A stretch of DNA of 64,000 bases, taken from positions 256,001 to 320,000 of the forward strand of contig OZ243961.1 of NCBI GenBank assembly GCA_965214605.1, in the 5' to 3' direction. The DNA is from an uncultured Candidatus Binatia bacterium. Its GTDB lineage: Bacteria; Desulfobacterota; Binatia; Bin18. Below are positions 18,273 through 25,001 of the stretch, piece after piece. A program made the position numbers and the translations under genes. The notes below the pieces were generated by a model. It was not told where the DNA came from. It ran no database searches and was given only the letters and a program-made list of their open reading frames with translations. How positions within the stretch are numbered: position 1 is the stretch's first letter; every line of letters starts with the position of its first letter.

Positions 18273-19154
18273 ATGGACGAGTTCCAGACTATCCTCAAAG
18301 CCCGCCACTTCGTCCAAAATGCTGGCGTTACGGCGGTTCCGATCGAACTTGAGTGCCTGGCTGCCGCTGCGAACGCGAAGATCAAGCTCGTGTACGATTT
18401 GAGCGATAATGAGTCCGGCCAGACGACCCACCACAAAGGCAAGCACATCATTATCGTAAATGGGAATCACCGGGAAGAGCGGCAGCGCTTTACCGTCCTC
18501 CACGAGATTGCCCATATCGTTCTCGAACTCCCCTCACAGCATCATGACCCGAAGCTGATAACGGGAGCCCTCTTGTGTTGCGGGCGCCGCCCACAGGAAG
18601 AAATACTTTGCGATGTGTTTGCGGCGGAATGCTTACTGCCCTATGAGCTATTCAGCAAGGATGTCGGCGACGTTGATATCTCATTAGAAGCGGTGAAGGC
18701 ACTGGCGGACCGATACAAGGCGTCGCTCACCGCGACAGGTTCGCGCTATGCAATTAACGCACCTGAACCCTGTGCTTTTGTTCTGAGCGAAGACGGGCAT
18801 ATTCGCTATGTCTCGCGTTCGAAATTCCTGAACGAACTCAAGGGATGGATCGACTTCAACATCCCCGTTCCCAAGGGCAGCGTGGCGCACCGGCTTATTC
18901 AGGAAACATCGAAAAGTGAGGATTATGACGAACTGCCAACGTATATATGGTTTAACGGTGGCATCAAGAATCACCCGTTGCTGGCAGAAGAGGCCATTCT
19001 CCTGCCGAAGTGGAACCAGTGTCTCTCGCTCATCTGGTTTGACGAAAGCGCGAGAGCAGCGCTTGAGCGGAGAAACGAGGACGATGAGGACGAGCCGCTT
19101 CTCAAAGAGCTTGATGGCACACTCCCGTGGCCGTCCAAGAGCCGCCGAAGATAG
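18273..19154 (+). CDS. ImmA/IrrE-family Zn metallopeptidase, CapP-like
   Basis: RQRFTVLHEIAH (HExxH) and EILCDVFAAECLLP, followed by HTH-like and GAF-like regions. Confidence 0.9.
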   Translation: MDEFQTILKARHFVQNAGVTAVPIELECLAAAANAKIKLVYDLSDNESGQTTHHKGKHIIIVNGNHREERQRFTVLHEIAHIVLELPSQHHDPKLITGALLCCGRRPQEEILCDVFAAECLLPYELFSKDVGDVDISLEAVKALADRYKASLTATGSRYAINAPEPCAFVLSEDGHIRYVSRSKFLNELKGWIDFNIPVPKGSVAHRLIQETSKSEDYDELPTYIWFNGGIKNHPLLAEEAILLPKWNQCLSLIWFDESARAALERRNEDDEDEPLLKELDGTLPWPSKSRRR

Positions 19155-19239
19155 GGGACAGATGACAGACTTTCCGGTCGTTGACACTCATCACATTCGC
19201 CACCTCTATCATTGGCAGCCTTTTGTTCCCGATCGTCTC

Positions 19240-19940
19240 GTTACACTTCTGCGCTGTTCGGCTGGACCTTCTACGGCATCCTCTGGGATGTGCTGGTTGG
19301 CACCGGTATCGTCTTCCTGCCGTTTCCCAGTATCCTGATCGACAACTGGCGGGGATCGGCTGAGGGCGGGGAGTTTGGTACCGTCACCGGGCTCTCTCTG
19401 CGGCCTATGGAGCTGGAATTCTTCATGGCACTACTGATGGTGGTACTGGCCGGACAACCAGCCGCATTAACTCCACTCAATGCCGCTTCGCTCAACTACA
19501 CGCCACCACCGACACTGATCGATCCGACGTCCGCCACGACGCCCGTGGCCGCGCCCCAGAGCACCTACGGTTCAACCGGCTTCACCGGCTCGCCGGCGAC
19601 GGTGAACATCTCGGTGTGGTGGTATGCGGCGCTTTCGATGACCTCTGGATTCAACCATGCAGTGGTCGAAGGTCTCCCAAGTGCTGCGGACATACGTACC
19701 CATGAACAACAGGTGCGGCTGGTCACCATTGCCGACCCACGCCTGCGCCAGGACAGGACCGCTCTGGCGCAGGCGCCACCAACGTGGTCGAATGACGATC
19801 TCGTGGCACACAACTCCGGCAGCACCGGGCTAATGAGCACGGTGGAGAATGTCGCCAAAGGCGGTTTGGCATCGGGCGGCGTAGTGGCTGCGTCGGCGCT
19901 GTCCTCGGTCGCCATCTCTATGATGGTGACAGGCGCCATG
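19240..19940 (+). pseudogene. ICE TraG N-terminal-domain membrane protein, truncated and internally deleted
   Basis: LFGWTFYGILWDVLVGTGIVFLPF...IDNW and SVWWYAALSMTSGFN match TraG_N of PFGI-1-class ICEs. No proper start and much shorter than usual. Confidence 0.72.
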
Positions 19941-19963
19941 GCCATACTTCGGGTGCCGACTTT

Positions 19964-20975
19964 TCAGAATTTCCCATCCCGGACCACATTACCTTTCCTG
20001 ATTATCTTGACAGTTTTAGGATGAACTGGTCCGTTGTCCGGCAGCAGTCCTTTGCCTTTCTCAATCTCCTTTGCTGCGGGACTGGCCAGCTTGCCTGATG
20101 CGTCAGAACCGGCAAGCGCCTTGCCGTCACTGTAGTAGTCAAACCAGGGTAGCCTGGTACTCGTGTAATCATCGGCAGTTGGCGGCTTATGTGGCGGTTA
20201 GTGCTCTGTGATTGCCATATATTGCGCGCTATTGGCCAGGTGTATGAAGCACCGGAAACCGTTGTCTGGATCCCATGCATCAATGCCGTACTCGTCCTCG
20301 TAAATCTCCTGCCGCATCAAACCATCTGGAGCAAGCCCCATATCCAGGACAGCCGATTCGCAGACCGTGCGACTGAACATCGGCATCTCAAGGTAGTCCA
20401 GATCTGCTTCCACGGCTCGCTCAAAATGTTCGACGTACACGTCATGCTTCATCGGGTAGACGATAATCTGAAGACCTTCGTGTTCTGCCTTCCTGGTGAT
20501 CTGCTCTTCGGCTGTGAAGCCTTCACCCGGCGGCATGGCGACAAATTGCCGAATAAAGTCCTCCGAGATGTTGAAACCATCCAGCCAGGGCTGTTCCGGT
20601 ATCACCGCGCAGTCCTGCGGCGGATCACCGGAAAGAACATTGCTCCAGGATTCCCAGGAAACCGCATTGATCTTGCCAGCGGTAGTCTTGACGGCGCAGG
20701 GGTAGTCGCTAGAGAAATTGATCCATAGTGCCTCTGACTGATACATGGGTATGGAGACTCCACCATGTGTCCGCTAGGTATCAGGCAACTTGTTTGCAAA
20801 GTCATCCACGTGCTCCATCGGGAACCGACCCAGGCCGGGGGGGGGGGGGGGGAAGGGGATACTCCCGGTTGTCATCCGGGATCCGCAGGGTGCGCTGGAA
20901 GTCGATGCTACACACCGCTTTTTGGTGGACCTCTGGAAACCGGAAGGTCAGTTGGTTGTTCGGTAGTTCGATCAT
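19964..20975 (-). pseudogene. Conserved uncharacterised protein (FQRTLRIPDD / QPWLDG / IRQFVAMP family), disrupted
   Basis: Continuous protein-like reading from ATG 20975 to TGA 19964. Broken by a C16 frameshift, a TAG at 20774-20776 and a TAA at 20198-20200. Confidence 0.78.
20837..20852 (+). repeat. G16 homopolymer
   Basis: 16 consecutive G counted directly, within Pro-Pro-Gly codons of the minus-strand pseudogene. Confidence 0.9.
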
Positions 20976-20992
20976 TGTCTTACCTTCACAGA

Positions 20993-21388
20993 TTACCAGT
21001 CGCCATCACGGGCATCCTGGGCAATACGCAAAATGGCGTGATCCGGTGCGGATTTGAGCTGACGGATCAGGTCAGCGAACAGTTGCGGCCGTTTTCGGAT
21101 GATCTCCTGCAAATCCGACGATACCTTCCCAGCCATTGCCAGCAGCACATCCGGGTCTTCGCTGAATTCATCGGCCAATGCCCGGATTTTTGCCTCGGAC
21201 GGCGGCGCCACATCCCCTCGTTCTATCTTGCTGAGGTAGGCGGGTTCCACACCAATTCGCTGAGCGACCTGCCGGACGGAAAATCGCCGATCCTGTGATT
21301 TCAGGGCCTCGCGATGTTCACGGATGTATTCTCCGAATGTAATGTGTACTACATAGTATACATTACATCTAGATTCAAGACCCGCCAT
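20993..21388 (-). CDS. XRE-family HTH regulator
   Basis: TFGEYIREHRE...FSVRQVAQRIGVEPAYLSKIERG. Start uncertain: ATG 21388, or ATT 21343 where a Met would be expected. Confidence 0.82.
   Translation of the reverse strand: MAGLESRCNVYYVVHITFGEYIREHREALKSQDRRFSVRQVAQRIGVEPAYLSKIERGDVAPPSEAKIRALADEFSEDPDVLLAMAGKVSSDLQEIIRKRPQLFADLIRQLKSAPDHAILRIAQDARDGDW
21337..21368. promoter_or_regulatory. 32-bp imperfect palindrome, putative XRE operator
   Basis: ATGTAATGTGTACTA-CA-TAGTATACATTACAT. Arms match at 14 of 15 positions and overlap the 5' end of the XRE gene. Confidence 0.65.
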
Positions 21389-21447
21389 CTCAACGCATTT
21401 TGGTGGCTCGGGGTTCGGTAAAGCCTGGGTGACAAGTGGTTTGTTGT

Positions 21448-21519
21448 GTTGTTCCACGTTGTACCGCTTCTCTTGACAAAGGGATGATGTCCATCTAAAT
21501 TGGTATAACGTGGAACAAC
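21448..21519 (+). promoter_or_regulatory. Sigma70-type promoter flanked by 18-bp inverted repeats
   Basis: TTGACA (21473) - 17 bp - TAAATT (21496). Arms GTTGTTCCACGTTGTACC (21448-21465) and GGTATAACGTGGAACAAC (21502-21519) match 17/18. AAGGAG precedes ATG 21550. Confidence 0.7.
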
Positions 21520-21549
21520 GATTGGCAAGTGTATCCAAAGGAGACGGCG

Positions 21550-23850
21550 ATGGTGAAACAACGATATTCAGCTTCAAAAACACGTTCCCAGGGTAGGAAT
21601 GCTTGGGCGGTGACCTTCCGCCACCCTGTTGTAAAGAAAGACCCACGCAGCAACAGCGGGATCAAGGTGAGAAGGGGGCTTGGAACCACGGACGCAGCGG
21701 AAGCAGACAAACTCGTCGACGAAATGAATGTTCTTCTCGGAGATGAATCGTATTGGAGCCTTAACCAGAAAGGACGGGCGGAACGTCAGTTTGCCAAAGT
21801 AATCGTCAATGGGTTCTATGATCCCATGGTAGCTGATGCACACTTCGATCCATGGAAGGCCAGGGATGAAGTAATCCCGATTCCATCTGCAGAAGACGGC
21901 TTCACCAAGGTGCTGTTCCTTGGGACCACCGGAGCGGGCAAGACATCACTGCTGAGGCTCATGATCGGCTCCCACCCGGAAAAGGATCGCTTCCCTTCGA
22001 CCTCCACTGGCAAGACCACTGTTTCGGATATCGAGGTTATTATTAGGGATCGTGGGGATTTCCAGGCTGTCGTGACCTTCCTTCCTGAAGGAACAGTGCG
22101 GACTTATACCCAGGAATCAATCGACGAGGCCTGCAAGGCCGTCTGGCGGGGTGAATCAGATGAGAAGGTCGTCAAGGAGTTGCTCAACCATAGAGATCAG
22201 CGCTTTCGGTTGGGCTATATCCTGGGGTCTTGGTCCGAGCAGGAGATTCAGGGAGACGATGACGACTGGGGTTTCGATAACGTAGAGGAGCATTCCGAAC
22301 CAGCATCTGAACAGGTCTCTGAAGAGGGTGCGTACCCATCGGCTGAAGAGCGCCGAGAAATACAGGAGAAACTTTCGGAGTATGCCAAGTGTATCAGAGA
22401 GATCGCAGAAGTCGCCAGAGCCAAGGTCTCGGAGGAATGGGGTAAAGATGTATCGCGCCTCAAGGACCTCAAGGGAGAGGAGCTCGACCTGGTATTGGGT
22501 TACTTTGAGGAAATCCTCGAAAAAATGCCCGGCTACGATGCGCTCATCGAAGACATCATCAATCAGGTTTTGAAACGGCCCGACTACCTGACAGCCGGTG
22601 AACTCAAGCGAAAGGGCAAATGGCCCGAGAGATGGACGTTCGAATCTGCCGATAGGGACGAGTTTATCAATCAAGTTCGCTGGTTTTCGAGCAACTATGC
22701 TCCAGCATTCGGGCGATTACTGACACCCTTGGTGCAAGGGGTGCGGGTTCGCGGTCCGTTTTTTGCCGAGGCGCTTGGCGAGACACAGGGTCTGGTGCTC
22801 ATGGACGGAGAAGGCTTGGGACATGTGTCCGAAACGGTTGCGAATGTATCCACGCACTTCACCAGTCGATACCAGATGGCCGATGTGATTCTCCTCGTGG
22901 ATAACGCCGAGCAACCCATGCAACCTTGGTCTCTTTCTGTAGTGCGTTCAGTTGCAACCAGTGGCCACCAGGACAAATTAGCCGTAGCGTTCACCCATTT
23001 CGATCAGGTAAAAGGCGTCAATTTCTCCGGCTTCGCAGATAGACGCGATCATGTTTTAACTTCGGTGAAGAACGCGCTTAGCAACATGCGCACAACGGTG
23101 GGCGATTCCGTGATCAATAGCATGGAAGGACATCTCTACAACCGGTGCTTCATGCTCGGTGCGCTGGACAAGCCTGCTTCAAAGATCCCGAAAAGGGTAT
23201 TTGGGCAACTCAGCGAGCTGGCGGATTTTTTCCGCAGTGCTATCGAGCCCTTCGAGCCGCCAGCAGCTGCTCCGATATACGATCCCGCGAGTCTGTCGCT
23301 TGCAGTCCAAGCGGCAACGCAGGAATTTCAATCGCTATGGAACGCCCGACTTGGTTACCAGTCTCAAGAGAGCGTCTCGAAGGAACACTGGACCCGTATC
23401 AAGGCGTTGACGAGGCGGGTTGCGAGGATGGGTGGTGTGGAGTACGACTACCTGAGACCGGTTGCAGAATTGATCGCCCGCCTTAGTGAAAGGATTTCCT
23501 GCTTTCTCGATAAACCCGTGCAGGGGGATCCCCATGGGCATAATGAAGAGGAAGAGTCCAAGGCGATCGGTGTCGTTCGCCGTGAGGTGTTCCAGTCCCT
23601 CCATTCGCTGGCGATGGAGCGATTGATCCAGGAGCGCTTAAGCGATTGGTCACGTGCATTCGAGCATGCTGGCAGAGAATCTTCTTATAGTCGTGCGCGT
23701 GATGTTCGCAATATCTACCAAACCGCTGCTCCGATATCTGGTATCGAGTCGACGCCGCAGTCTTCGGAGTTCTTGAGTAATGTTCGGGACTTGGTTTTTG
23801 ACGCGATCGAAAATGCTGGTGGGAAGATTATTACGGGGCGTGGTAGTTAA
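21550..23850 (+). CDS. Large P-loop GTPase (dynamin-like/TRAFAC) with basic N-terminal domain, function unknown
   Basis: G1 GTTGAGKT, G2-like PSTSTGKTT, G3 DGEG, G4-like THFD, with a long helical insertion between G2 and G3. Confidence 0.75.
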   Translation: MVKQRYSASKTRSQGRNAWAVTFRHPVVKKDPRSNSGIKVRRGLGTTDAAEADKLVDEMNVLLGDESYWSLNQKGRAERQFAKVIVNGFYDPMVADAHFDPWKARDEVIPIPSAEDGFTKVLFLGTTGAGKTSLLRLMIGSHPEKDRFPSTSTGKTTVSDIEVIIRDRGDFQAVVTFLPEGTVRTYTQESIDEACKAVWRGESDEKVVKELLNHRDQRFRLGYILGSWSEQEIQGDDDDWGFDNVEEHSEPASEQVSEEGAYPSAEERREIQEKLSEYAKCIREIAEVARAKVSEEWGKDVSRLKDLKGEELDLVLGYFEEILEKMPGYDALIEDIINQVLKRPDYLTAGELKRKGKWPERWTFESADRDEFINQVRWFSSNYAPAFGRLLTPLVQGVRVRGPFFAEALGETQGLVLMDGEGLGHVSETVANVSTHFTSRYQMADVILLVDNAEQPMQPWSLSVVRSVATSGHQDKLAVAFTHFDQVKGVNFSGFADRRDHVLTSVKNALSNMRTTVGDSVINSMEGHLYNRCFMLGALDKPASKIPKRVFGQLSELADFFRSAIEPFEPPAAAPIYDPASLSLAVQAATQEFQSLWNARLGYQSQESVSKEHWTRIKALTRRVARMGGVEYDYLRPVAELIARLSERISCFLDKPVQGDPHGHNEEEESKAIGVVRREVFQSLHSLAMERLIQERLSDWSRAFEHAGRESSYSRARDVRNIYQTAAPISGIESTPQSSEFLSNVRDLVFDAIENAGGKIITGRGS

Positions 23851-23994
23851 GGAAGTGAATTGTAGAGAGTAGAGTACGGTGACGTTCCAGCCCAGCTGAT
23901 GCGCTGGGTATGGGCGGGTGGTCGGAAGCTCAAAGGATTGCAAAAAAGAAGGCACTTTTTATCAGGTTTTTCAAATATGCTTATTAGATTCATA

Positions 23995-24035
23995 TCCATC
24001 TCCTTTGTTCATTTTAAATGAACAAAGGAGATGGA
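23995..24035. repeat. 41-bp palindrome (perfect 20-bp arms, 1-nt centre)
   Basis: TCCATCTCCTTTGTTCATTT-T-AAATGAACAAAGGAGATGGA. Confidence 0.9.
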
Positions 24036-24080
24036 CAGATTGTCAAGCCCATAATCTTATTGTTGTGAAAGGTAATATAT

Positions 24081-24443
24081 ATGCTGCTATACGGGCCAGA
24101 GGTTAGAGAATATCTCAATACTGAGGGAAACAGTCCTTATACCAAATGGTTCGATCGTCTGAATGAAGCCGCTGCGGCCAAGGTGACGACGGCAGTCCAT
24201 CGAATGGAGCAGGGCAACCTCTCCAACGTGAGAGGTGTTGGTGACGGCGTCTGTGAGTACCGAATTGATTTTGGTCCCGGCTATCGGATATACTTTGGCA
24301 AGGATGGGGATCGGTTGGTGATATTGCTCGCGGGTGGTACCAAGAAGCGCCAGGACGCAGACATTGCCGCCGCAAAAGGGCATTGGCGCGACTATAAGCG
24401 CCAGAAACCCACCTCGGCGGTGCCGTGCGCCAACGGCGGCTGA
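24081..24443 (+). CDS. RelE/ParE-family (HigB-like) addiction-module toxin
   Basis: EYLNTEGNSPYTKWFDRL...GVCEYRIDFGPGYRIYFG...LLAGGTK. Confidence 0.88.
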   Translation: MLLYGPEVREYLNTEGNSPYTKWFDRLNEAAAAKVTTAVHRMEQGNLSNVRGVGDGVCEYRIDFGPGYRIYFGKDGDRLVILLAGGTKKRQDADIAAAKGHWRDYKRQKPTSAVPCANGG

Positions 24444-24475
24444 GCGGCCATTGGCGCGACTATAGCGCCGGAAAC
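24381..24475 (+). repeat. Imperfect 27-28 bp direct repeat at the toxin 3' end
   Basis: CATTGGCGCGACTATAAGCGCCAGAAAC (24381-24408) and CATTGGCGCGACTATAGCGCCGGAAAC (24449-24475). Confidence 0.85.
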
Positions 24476-24488
24476 GGCAAGAGGTGAC

Positions 24489-24815
24489 ATGATGGCGTTG
24501 ACGAAGGATTTTAAGGATACCATTCAGGCGCGTGCCCAACGGGATCCGGCGTTTCGCAGGGCCCTGCTGCAAGAAGGGGTCGAATGCCTGCTCGCCGATG
24601 ATATCAATACCGGCAAGGCCGTGCTGCGTGACCATATCAACGCGACGGTGGGGTTTGAGGAACTCTCCCGGGTCTTCGACAAGTCGAGCAAGAGCCTCAG
24701 GGGCATGTTCGGGCCGAAAGGGAATCCCCAGGCGGGCAGCCTGTTTGCGGTGATCCATTACCTGCAGGAGCAGGAGGGCATCCACCTGGAAGTCAAGGCC
24801 CGGGAGGTGGCCTAG
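24489..24815 (+). CDS. HTH antitoxin (HigA-like addiction-module antidote)
   Basis: ALTKDFKDTIQARAQRDPAFRRALL...GKAVLRDHINATVGF...FGPKGNP. Downstream of the toxin. Confidence 0.85.
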   Translation: MMALTKDFKDTIQARAQRDPAFRRALLQEGVECLLADDINTGKAVLRDHINATVGFEELSRVFDKSSKSLRGMFGPKGNPQAGSLFAVIHYLQEQEGIHLEVKAREVA

Positions 24816-25001
24816 GGTGCTGCGTGGCGGCGTTCAATCGGCAATTTTTTCGAGTATTTGGGAAGGATTTTCTGAGCATGGTATTACCGCTCAGCTGGCA
24901 AGTAAGCCATTGATGTTCCGCTGTAAAAACGGCCCGTTTCCAATCGAGTGGGGAATGAGGGGGGACGGCGTCATACCCGGACGCTGACCGAGGGGGCTGG
25001 A

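Larger units (their letters stand above)
1..24850. mobile_element. Defence island on a degenerate PFGI-1/ICEclc-type ICE (left end outside the window, right end approximate)
   Basis: Dense cluster of defence and TA modules interleaved with broken ICE conjugation genes (13531-14589, 19240-19940). Several visibly AT-richer segments. Abrupt switch to housekeeping dnaE at 25002. No integrase or att site identified. Confidence 0.75.

Noticed and set aside
21550-23850. Assignment to RADAR RdrA or Eleos/LeoA
   Set aside because: The motifs are GTPase-type rather than AAA+, and no adenosine deaminase or partner dynamin gene is adjacent.
24895-24920. TAAGCCATTGATGTT as an att or arm-type site at the island edge
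   Set aside because: Only a loose resemblance, with no partner copy, tRNA or integrase in the window.
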